A model generated the notes under the pieces. The model saw nothing but the letters and a program-made list of their open reading frames with translations. It made no database searches and had not been told where the DNA came from. A DNA stretch of 64,000 nt from Elusimicrobiota bacterium (GTDB lineage Bacteria; Elusimicrobiota; Elusimicrobia; Elusimicrobiales; UBA9959), in assembly GCA_003450815.1 (NCBI GenBank), contig DMES01000037.1, positions 831 to 64,830 of the forward strand, given 5' to 3'. The position numbers were made by a program, and so were the translations under genes. Of the stretch, positions 44,251 to 52,033 are shown in pieces (the first letter of the stretch is position 1; every line of letters begins with the position of its first letter).

Positions 44251-45671
44251 AAAAAACCATGTCGCTTATGCCTTTTGGTTTTGCGCCGGTTACCGGAGGG
44301 GTGTTGGTTTCCAACGACTTCGGCGGCTGGCTGGTTCTGGACGGAAGGGAGTTCAGGAGCCTGAAAGACGGAAGCTTTGCGCGCAAGAAAGGGCTTTGCG
44401 CCAAACTTGCACGGCGCGGTTTTATAAAAGAGCGGCTTGATTTTGAAAGCCTCGGGCAGGATATGGGCGGACTTCACAGGCACAGTTTCGGCGGCCCGAG
44501 CCTGCACATACTTGTGGTAACGCTGAAGTGCAACCACGCCTGCGTTTATTGCAGGGCGGTAAAAGCCGGCGGGTTTGAAAAAGCCGTGATGAGTCTTGAG
44601 ACCGCCAAAAAAAGCATAGACATGGCCTTTTCCTCACCGAATAAAAATATCGTTATTGAGTTCCAGGGCGGCGAGGCGCTCATAAACTGGCCGGTAGTCA
44701 GGAACGCCATTCTTTACGCCCGGAAGAAAAACACGGCATACGACAAAAACCTTGAAATTTCGGTTGTAACGAATCTTAGCCTGATGGACGAGGAAAAATT
44801 TTCTTTCCTTACCGGTCACGGCGCCGGGGTATGCGCCTCTCTTGACGGCCCCGCTTTTTTGCACGACGCCAACCGGCGCTACGCTGGAGGCTCTTCGCAT
44901 GAAAAGACCTTGTATTGGCTGAAAAAAGCGCTTTCCTTGAAACATGGCGGGGAAAAAGACTCGCTCCCTTCGGCTCTAATGACGGCCACAAAGCTTTCAC
45001 TGAAGTATCCGGAAGAAATTGTTGAAACTTACCGCAAGATCGGGCTGGGCGGTATATTTCTGCGTCCGCTATCGCCGATAGGCTTCGCGCGGTCTGTTTG
45101 GGGCGATATCGGCTATAAGTCTGAGGAATTCGGTTCTTTTTACCGTTCGGCGCTTGAACATATTCTCAGGCTGAACCGGCGCGGCGAGCGTTTTGTGGAG
45201 CGCAATGCCGCCATAGTGGCCCGGAAAGCGCTTAAAAAAGAAGACCCCAACTTTCTGGATCTGCGTTCTCCGTGCGGAGGAGCCATTGGACAGCTAGCCT
45301 ATAACTGGGATGGCGGGGTTTACACCTGCGACGAAGGCAGGATGGCAGGTTTCGGCCGGGACGATTTTTTCAGGCTCGGCAGCGTTTACAAAAACTCTTA
45401 TCAGGAAATAATCAGCGCTCCCGCGGCCAGAGTTTGCGCTTTGGCTTCCTGTCTAGAAAACCAGAGCGCCTGCTCGCGCTGCGCGTGGAAGCCTTTTTGC
45501 GGAGTTTGTCCCGTGTATAATTATGAAACCCAGGGGTCTCCGTGGGGAGATATAGTCACCGGGGACTGGTGTAAAATACAAAAAGGCATTTTCTCGGCGG
45601 TTTTTGACGCCTTGTCAAAACCCTCCAGCCGTAAGATTATAGAGGGCTGGCTGGACACAACGGATAGGTAG
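44247..45671 (+). CDS. radical SAM/SPASM peptide maturase, HxsB-like (copy 3)
   Basis: 474 aa. ATGA overlap with the upstream gene. Has ..VLVSNDFGGWLVLDGREFRSL.., CNHACVYC, EFQGGEALIN, and CGGAIGQLAYNWDGGVYTCDEG..ACSRCAWKPFCGVCPVYN. Confidence 0.7.
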   Translation: MKKTMSLMPFGFAPVTGGVLVSNDFGGWLVLDGREFRSLKDGSFARKKGLCAKLARRGFIKERLDFESLGQDMGGLHRHSFGGPSLHILVVTLKCNHACVYCRAVKAGGFEKAVMSLETAKKSIDMAFSSPNKNIVIEFQGGEALINWPVVRNAILYARKKNTAYDKNLEISVVTNLSLMDEEKFSFLTGHGAGVCASLDGPAFLHDANRRYAGGSSHEKTLYWLKKALSLKHGGEKDSLPSALMTATKLSLKYPEEIVETYRKIGLGGIFLRPLSPIGFARSVWGDIGYKSEEFGSFYRSALEHILRLNRRGERFVERNAAIVARKALKKEDPNFLDLRSPCGGAIGQLAYNWDGGVYTCDEGRMAGFGRDDFFRLGSVYKNSYQEIISAPAARVCALASCLENQSACSRCAWKPFCGVCPVYNYETQGSPWGDIVTGDWCKIQKGIFSAVFDALSKPSSRKIIEGWLDTTDR

Positions 45672-45803
45672 ATAGGCTGTAGGCAGTTAGCCTGTGGGAG
45701 GAAATTTTTCGCGGTCATGCGAAGTGTAGAGCGTTCTGGGCGCCTTGGTCGGTTAATGCGTAACGACTAACAGCCTTCAGTCTATAGCGTAAACAACCTA
45801 TTT

Positions 45804-46691
45804 ATGCCTGATATATCTTTTTGGAACAAATGCAACAGCAAGTGCGTGATGTGTACAAACATGGCTTCTTTTTCCTCGCAGGACAGCTCGCAGTACGGCT
45901 TGAAGAGGCAGATACGGAAAATGGAAAGCTATCTGAAGGGGGAGAGCGTATATTTCAAGAACGCAGACAAATCCGATTTTTTAAGCCTTACCGGCGGCGA
46001 GCCCACCTTACACCCCGATTTTTTCCAGCTGCTCGCCTATTTCAGGCGGAGGCTTGCCGGGACGCCCATCAGGCTTCTGACAAACGGAAGGACGCTTGCT
46101 GATACCGGGTTTACCGCTAAATTGCTGAAAACAGCCGGTCCTCCTTTCTGTTTTATAATTCCTCTGCATGGCTCCGGCCCCTCTCTGCACGATAAGGTCG
46201 CCGGAGTGAAAGGCTGTTTTATGCAGACCATGAAAGGGCTGGAGAACCTGTTTTCCATGGCCGGCGGCAGGGATATAGAAATACGCGTTGTTCTTCATAA
46301 GTTGAACGCCGTGGCTTTGCCTGACATCCTGAAACTTCTGCTTAAAAAATTCCCCCGCACTTCCCGCTACCGCGTGGTAGTTATACACTATGAGATAGAG
46401 GGGGAGTCGGAAAGAAACCACCCCCTGCTGGCGTTACGGTTTAAAAATTCTGTCCGGGCCGTGCGCGCCTGCGTGCGCCTTCTGCCAAAATTCGCGCATC
46501 TTGAGCTTTATCATTTTCCACTTTGTGTTCTTCCGCCGTCTTTGCGTGCCCTGGCCCGCGTCACCCTGCCCCGCGCGGACAGAATATATCCGCCCTCAAA
46601 ATGCGGCCGCTGCGCGCTCAAAGCAAAATGCCTGGGGCTTATGCGTGCATACCACAAAAAATTCGGGGCCTCGGAGCTGAAAACTATATGA
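45804..46691 (+). CDS. radical SAM protein, compact CX2CX5C family
   Basis: 295 aa. Has CNSKCVMC, LTGGEPTL, FPLCVLPPSL, and CGRCALKAKCLGLMRAYHKKFGASEL. Confidence 0.8.
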   Translation: MPDISFWNKCNSKCVMCTNMASFSSQDSSQYGLKRQIRKMESYLKGESVYFKNADKSDFLSLTGGEPTLHPDFFQLLAYFRRRLAGTPIRLLTNGRTLADTGFTAKLLKTAGPPFCFIIPLHGSGPSLHDKVAGVKGCFMQTMKGLENLFSMAGGRDIEIRVVLHKLNAVALPDILKLLLKKFPRTSRYRVVVIHYEIEGESERNHPLLALRFKNSVRAVRACVRLLPKFAHLELYHFPLCVLPPSLRALARVTLPRADRIYPPSKCGRCALKAKCLGLMRAYHKKFGASELKTI

Positions 46692-47839
46692 AACCGGTCT
46701 CTCTTTCCTTTCTTGCGGTTTTGGTTCTTTGGGCGGTTTCCGTGGTAAGCGCCGATATCGCCACTAATAAAATAACCAACCGGAAAATTATTCTGGGCGC
46801 GAAAATACTTTTGGGGGCGTGCATTGCCCAGGCTTTCGTTACGTATCTCGGTTACAAAGGGGATACCCCCGTCTTTTTGCTGTGGGAGTTTTATCCAATG
46901 CTGGCGCGTCACGCGCTGTGGTCGGCGCTGGCCGGCATTATCTTGTGGTACGCTGAAATATGGCCTGCAGGAGACGCCAAATTTTTTATTCTTGTTTCGG
47001 CTTCATTGCCTGTTGTTAATTCGCAGATCCGGAATTTTCCGAATTATCTTTTTCTCTCCCTGCTTGTGAATATTTTCGTTCTCGCCTCCATTTTCGCGGT
47101 GTGCGGGTTTATTTCTTCAGGTATGCGCTCCGCTTCGCCCGGGGATTTTTTAAGCGGACTTTGGACGGATATGCGAAAAAGGTTGTCATCTCTCGGATCT
47201 GGAAAAAGCCGTCTGACAGCCCTGGCATACCTGTTTAATATGATTTTTGTCTTTCTCATGCAGCAGATATTCGCGTTTGAGGCCGCCGGGGCGTTAGGCA
47301 GGCTGTTTTCACGCGTGGAAGTCCTTTATTTCTTTATTTTTATACTTTGGGGTAAGATAGGCGGAGTTTTCAAAGGCCGGCGCCTGTTTTACCTTACAAC
47401 CTGCTGTTACCTTGTGTATTTTTTTGCCGGTTATTTCTTTTTCTATGACCGCCTGGCGCTCATGATAATCACGGCCATAGTCAATGTGCTTAAATTCAGC
47501 CTGCTTTTGTTTTTCGGGCGTTTCATGCTTGAATTCCTGATGGAAAAAAAGGATCTGATCTATGTGGGCGCTGAGGAGCTCTCGCCGGGCATGGTGCTTT
47601 CTTCAAAAGAGAGCGCAAGGCTTAAGGCGAACCCCGTTTTTGAGGGCGCCTTTGATGATTCTTTCAGAGACGGGCTTGTGGCGGAACAGGTGGAACTCCT
47701 GAGAAGCTGGCTTAAAAAGCTGCCGCTTGAGAATGCCAAAATGGAAATGGTCAAAGGCCGGCCTTTCGCTCTTTGGATATCCGCGGGCGCCGCCATTTCG
47801 CTGCTGTTTGACAGAAATCTGGTGCATCTTCTGAAATGA
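46688..47839 (+). CDS. polytopic membrane protein with A24 (prepilin/TadV-type) aspartyl peptidase motifs
   Basis: ATGA overlap at 46688; the track's upstream extension runs inside the previous gene. SADIATNKITN matches D-x5-IPN, WPAGDAKFF matches GGGDAKL, and KGRPFALWISAGAAISL matches the PFGP-type motif. Extra helices and a ~90-aa soluble insert are present. Confidence 0.55.
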   Translation: MKPVSLSFLAVLVLWAVSVVSADIATNKITNRKIILGAKILLGACIAQAFVTYLGYKGDTPVFLLWEFYPMLARHALWSALAGIILWYAEIWPAGDAKFFILVSASLPVVNSQIRNFPNYLFLSLLVNIFVLASIFAVCGFISSGMRSASPGDFLSGLWTDMRKRLSSLGSGKSRLTALAYLFNMIFVFLMQQIFAFEAAGALGRLFSRVEVLYFFIFILWGKIGGVFKGRRLFYLTTCCYLVYFFAGYFFFYDRLALMIITAIVNVLKFSLLLFFGRFMLEFLMEKKDLIYVGAEELSPGMVLSSKESARLKANPVFEGAFDDSFRDGLVAEQVELLRSWLKKLPLENAKMEMVKGRPFALWISAGAAISLLFDRNLVHLLK

Positions 47840-48765
47840 AAAAGAAAATAGCGAAGAAGCTCAAAATTGTGGTTTTTACCGGCTACGCCTGCAATAATAA
47901 CTGCCGGTTCTGCATTGCCGCCGATAAGCGTCTGCTGCCCCAGAAAACCACGGCGGAGCTTTCGCGTGAAATTTATCAGGCGCGCAATAAGGGCGCGCAA
48001 ATACTTGAAATCATAGGCGGCGAGGCCACGATAAGAAAAGACTTCTCTCACATGGTTTCTCTCGCCAAAAAGATAGGCATTCCTGAGGTTATATGCGCCA
48101 CCAACGGCCGTGTGTTCTCGGATTTAAGCCGCGCGCGCGAAATAGTGGAGGCGGGAATGGATACCCTTGTTTTTTCCGTGCACGGCGCCAAAGCGGCCGT
48201 GCATGACGCTTTGACCCGAAGCCCCGGCAGTTTCAGCGAGTTGTGCCGCGGCCTGGAAAACTTAAAAAAAATCGGGTTCTCGAACATAAATGGCAATACG
48301 GCCGTTGTAAAAACCAATATGCGCGGGCTGCCGGAGATAGCAGGGTTTTACGCGGAACATAAAGTGCGCAATGTAGAATACATTTTCGTCGATTCAAATT
48401 CCGGCGGTGCCAATAATAATTTTTTTGAGCTTGTTCCCCATATTTCAAAAGCCGCGCCTTTCATGAGGCGGGCTCTGGAGATAGGGCTTAAGGCCGGTTT
48501 TGGACAGTGGAAAGTGCGTTATGTGCCCCTTTGCCATTTTACCGGCTATGAGGCTCAGATAAGCGAAATCAACGAGAAGGCTCTTTTTCTTACCGAGCAT
48601 TGGGCGCCCGATTTTAAAAACCTCGATGTGGTAAAATCCAGAGCCGCTGTCGGCCGGAGAAAAACTGAAAAGTGCCTTGGCTGCCGGCTTTACGGAACTT
48701 GCGAAGGTATTTGGGTGGAATATCTTAAAAACTACGGAGACGAAGAGCTGCATCCGGTACAATAA
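47836..48765 (+). CDS. radical SAM protein, compact CX2CX5C family
   Basis: 309 aa. ATGA overlap. Has CNNNCRFC, IIGGEATI, VPLCHFTGYEAQI, and CLGCRLYGTCEGIWVEYLKNYGDEELHP. Confidence 0.8.
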   Translation: MKKKIAKKLKIVVFTGYACNNNCRFCIAADKRLLPQKTTAELSREIYQARNKGAQILEIIGGEATIRKDFSHMVSLAKKIGIPEVICATNGRVFSDLSRAREIVEAGMDTLVFSVHGAKAAVHDALTRSPGSFSELCRGLENLKKIGFSNINGNTAVVKTNMRGLPEIAGFYAEHKVRNVEYIFVDSNSGGANNNFFELVPHISKAAPFMRRALEIGLKAGFGQWKVRYVPLCHFTGYEAQISEINEKALFLTEHWAPDFKNLDVVKSRAAVGRRKTEKCLGCRLYGTCEGIWVEYLKNYGDEELHPVQ

Positions 48766-49839
48766 ATGCGCGCGCCAAACCATCTTGTGATATACCTGAG
48801 CGGCAGATGCAATCTTGCCTGCGTTTACTGCTATGCCAGGTTTAAAGGCGCGCCCATAAGCCGTAAACGCCTTCTGGCCGCTTTGGACATTTTTTTTAAA
48901 AACGGCATTACAGGAAAAAAAATTACTTTTTTAGGCGGAGAGCCCGCGCTGCATCCCGCCCTGCTGAAGGCGGCGGTTTTAAGAGCGCGCCTGAAGGCCG
49001 GACGGGATTTGCCGATACAGGTTTTCACCAACGGCACCATGCTCACCCGGTCTCTTTTAAACTTTTTGTCCGGCCGGGGGGTGAAGATTGTTCTCAGCCT
49101 TGACGGGCCCGCGTCCGAAACCGACCTTAACAGGCGCTTCAAGGCCGGCGGCGGCTCGGTTTTTTCCTCGGCGGTCAAAAATGCGGGGAACAGGGAAAAT
49201 ATTGTCGTGAGCATGGTTGTTACTCCGCAAAGCGCCTTAAGGCTGGCGGAAAACATTGAGAGCCTGCTGGCCCTTGGGTTTAAAAGGCTTGCCTGGGCGC
49301 CTGACATCTCCACCCTTTGGAATCAGCGCTCGCTGGCGGAGCTGAAAAAATCGGCGCTGAAAGCTAAGGCCGGCTACTTCAAGGCTTTAAGAAGCGGCGG
49401 CCGGATTTACGAGATAGCCAATATATATGAAATACTTAAGCTTGCGCGCGGCGGCGGCAAGCTGCCCGGCTGCATGAATATAACGCTTGGCCCGGATGGA
49501 TTCTTTTATCCTTGCGATAAAATTTTTGCCGGAGGGCTTGACCGCATAAAGCGTTTCAGGGTTGGGGCCGATGGAACCGGGAGAGAAAAATTTTTTCGCT
49601 TCGCCTCCGCCCTCGGGGCCGGCTCAAAGCAGGTACTGTGCGCTGTGGCGCCCTGGGCGCTGCGCCATTTCTCTCCGGGAGGCCCTGGGCCTCAGGACGC
49701 GGCGGCGCTTAAGCGGCAATACCAGGCGCGCAAGACGGTTCTGGCCTGGCTTGAAGGGATGGCCGTAGAAGGTTGTAAATATCCGGCTTTCCGTTCGGTG
49801 CATGGTTTAAAAAGCTGTAGTCGCCAAAAAATCAGATAA
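48766..49839 (+). CDS. radical SAM protein with partial SPASM/twitch region
   Basis: 357 aa. Its start abuts the previous TAA. Has CNLACVYC, FLGGEPAL, and GCMNITLGPDGFFYPCD. Confidence 0.75.
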   Translation: MRAPNHLVIYLSGRCNLACVYCYARFKGAPISRKRLLAALDIFFKNGITGKKITFLGGEPALHPALLKAAVLRARLKAGRDLPIQVFTNGTMLTRSLLNFLSGRGVKIVLSLDGPASETDLNRRFKAGGGSVFSSAVKNAGNRENIVVSMVVTPQSALRLAENIESLLALGFKRLAWAPDISTLWNQRSLAELKKSALKAKAGYFKALRSGGRIYEIANIYEILKLARGGGKLPGCMNITLGPDGFFYPCDKIFAGGLDRIKRFRVGADGTGREKFFRFASALGAGSKQVLCAVAPWALRHFSPGGPGPQDAAALKRQYQARKTVLAWLEGMAVEGCKYPAFRSVHGLKSCSRQKIR

Positions 49840-49877
49840 AGCTGATTTTTTGGGACTTTTTAAGTTAAAATCAAAAT

Positions 49878-51140
49878 ATGGAGCCGAAAAATAATAATAA
49901 GTGTTACGAACTTATACTGAATTATAACTGTAACGCGCGTTGTCTGTTTTGCTCGCAGGGCTCCTTTGATAAGTCTCTTAACGCCGATTTTAAGCTGACG
50001 GCTGAAAACATCTACGGGGCGTATAAAAGCGGATACAGGCGCCTGGGGCTTACCGGCGGAGAGCCGCTTATCCGGACTGACATCCTGAAAGTTATCTCGC
50101 TCGCCAGGTCTGTCGGATTTAATTTTATCAGGGTTCAGACCAACGGTATAAAACTCTCCGACCCGGCTTTCTGCCGTCGCCTGGCGGGCGCCGGGCTTAC
50201 TTTCTGCAAATTATCGCTGACCTCTGACAGGCCGGCCGAACATGACCGCCTGCTGGGGGTAAGCGGCGCCTGGGAATCCGCCGTTCGGGGCGCCAAAACC
50301 CTGCGCAAACTAAAAATACGCCTTGGCAATAATATTCTGATAAATGCCCTGAATTATAAGCGGCTGCCGGAAATAATCCGGTCATTTCTGGAATTGGGAA
50401 TAACAAACTTTGTGGTTATTTACCCGGTTTATATCGGCAGCATGGCTTCGCATTCGGCCGAGCTGGGTGTGAGCCTGGGAGAATGCGAAAAATATTTTGC
50501 CGAAGCCGCCGACCTTATGGACAAATCCGGGCTGGCGGGCGAAATTCTTTTTTTGAATGTGCCGCCCTGCTTTTTGAAAGGCCGCGAGTCTTTAGCCATA
50601 GGGCTGGATCTTTTTAATACGGTGGTTACAGACCCGGCGGGAGGAAAAAACGATCTGGATGTCACCGCCAACCGGGCCAAGGTGCGCGCTCCCGCCTGCC
50701 GGTATTGTTCTCTCAGGCGTCGCTGCGCGGGGGTGGACGCCCATTATGCGGAGATATTGGGCTTTGACGGTTTTAAGCCGGTCCTTAAACCCCGCCTCGC
50801 GCAAGGCGCCGTTCGCGAAACACCGCGCGTATTCTTTTCCGATAACGAACTTTGCCTTATTGAAATACTTAAAAAAGAAAATCCTTCCTCCACCGCGAGG
50901 GTTTTAAAACTGGCAAAAAACATCGTCCTTTGCCGGGACTGCTCCGACGGCAACTCTGTGCTGAACGCCGCGCAAAGCCTTGTAAAAAAAGGCCTTGTTG
51001 AAAGCGTCTTTGAGCGCGGGCATTATTACTGGAGGCTCATCAAGAGCACAGGAGAGCGGGTCACAGGTCACAAGTCACAAGTCACAAGTTACAAGAGCAT
51101 AAGAGTACAGAAAAATAATGTCGCGGGAGAAGAAGACTGA
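49878..51140 (+). CDS. radical SAM protein (compact CX2CX5C family) fused to a C-terminal winged-helix-like domain
   Basis: 420 aa. Has CNARCLFC, LTGGEPLI, PPCFLKGRESL, and CRYCSLRRRCAGVDAHYAEILGFDGFKP. A ~90-aa domain follows (..NELCLIEILKKENPSSTARVLKLA..AAQSLVKKGLVESVFERGHYYWRL), then a tail encoded by GTCACAAG word repeats. Confidence 0.75.
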   Translation: MEPKNNNKCYELILNYNCNARCLFCSQGSFDKSLNADFKLTAENIYGAYKSGYRRLGLTGGEPLIRTDILKVISLARSVGFNFIRVQTNGIKLSDPAFCRRLAGAGLTFCKLSLTSDRPAEHDRLLGVSGAWESAVRGAKTLRKLKIRLGNNILINALNYKRLPEIIRSFLELGITNFVVIYPVYIGSMASHSAELGVSLGECEKYFAEAADLMDKSGLAGEILFLNVPPCFLKGRESLAIGLDLFNTVVTDPAGGKNDLDVTANRAKVRAPACRYCSLRRRCAGVDAHYAEILGFDGFKPVLKPRLAQGAVRETPRVFFSDNELCLIEILKKENPSSTARVLKLAKNIVLCRDCSDGNSVLNAAQSLVKKGLVESVFERGHYYWRLIKSTGERVTGHKSQVTSYKSIRVQKNNVAGEED

Positions 51141-52033
51141 TGGCTCTCTTGCGTCTGTTTGCCAAGTGCTGCCAGAAATGCGTTTTCTGCTCATATCCCC
51201 GGGAAAAGGAAAGCGGCCGCGCGGCTGAGGAAAAACTTTCGTATTGGCTTAAGTCCGCCGCCGCCGTGAAAGCCCCGCTTATACAGATTTCAGGCGGGGA
51301 GCCGTTGCTGGCCGAGCCTTACGATCTGCTCAAGCTTGCGGCCTTCTGCGCGCGGTTGGGCCGCCGGGTGGAGATCCAGACCAACGCTTCCGGCATTTCG
51401 GGCAGGTTTTCCGAGACGGAACTACAAAAACTGATTAAAATAATTTCCGGGAGCGGCGGCTACTTTAATATTAATTTTTCCGCCGATACTCCCGGGAGCG
51501 ACCTTAAAATTACCCGGACACGCGGCGCTTTTGCCCGGCGCCTTGAAACGGTTAAAAAAATGCTTTCACAGGGCGCGAGCGTGCGTCTGACTTTTGTGAT
51601 CACTAAGCTCAATTACCGGCGCCTTGAAAAATTCGGTTTTTTTGTCGTAAAAGAGTTGAAAGGGGTGTCCTGGGTCCAATTCAGTTTTGTAAAGGGGAGC
51701 GGCCGTGCGGCTTTTGCGAAGAAAATAGTCCCGCGATACGCTATGGCCGCTCCGTATCTGCGCCGTGCGCTTGCGGTTTGCGGGGCCGCCGGTCTTAAGT
51801 GCGAGGTGGATCATATCCCGCCATGTTTTCTCGGTGAGTATTACCGCTGCCATGTGGATATCGGGAAAATGAAGCTTGGTTCGCCAGGGCCTCATTTGGC
51901 CGAGAAAGAGAAACTGACAGAGTGCCTCGGCTGCGGGCTTTACAGTGGTTGTTCAGGCCCCAGGAAAGATTATATAGCCATTTACCCCGGTGCCGGCCTT
52001 ACTGGCGCCGGGATTTACGGCGGATTAAAATGA
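51140..52033 (+). CDS. radical SAM protein, compact family (divergent)
   Basis: 297 aa. TGATG overlap. Has CCQKCVFC, ISGGEPLL, IPPCFLGEYYRC, and CLGCGLYSGCSGPRKDY. Confidence 0.7.
   Translation: MALLRLFAKCCQKCVFCSYPREKESGRAAEEKLSYWLKSAAAVKAPLIQISGGEPLLAEPYDLLKLAAFCARLGRRVEIQTNASGISGRFSETELQKLIKIISGSGGYFNINFSADTPGSDLKITRTRGAFARRLETVKKMLSQGASVRLTFVITKLNYRRLEKFGFFVVKELKGVSWVQFSFVKGSGRAAFAKKIVPRYAMAAPYLRRALAVCGAAGLKCEVDHIPPCFLGEYYRCHVDIGKMKLGSPGPHLAEKEKLTECLGCGLYSGCSGPRKDYIAIYPGAGLTGAGIYGGLK

Noticed and set aside
46523-46687. Long N-terminal extensions given by the track for 46523..47839, 51922..53280, 24692..26026, 55780..56556 and 62424..63971
   Set aside because: The extensions run inside the preceding gene or lack an RBS. 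Internal ATGs show ATGA-type coupling or good SDs and give sensible N-termini (signal peptides or conserved starts).
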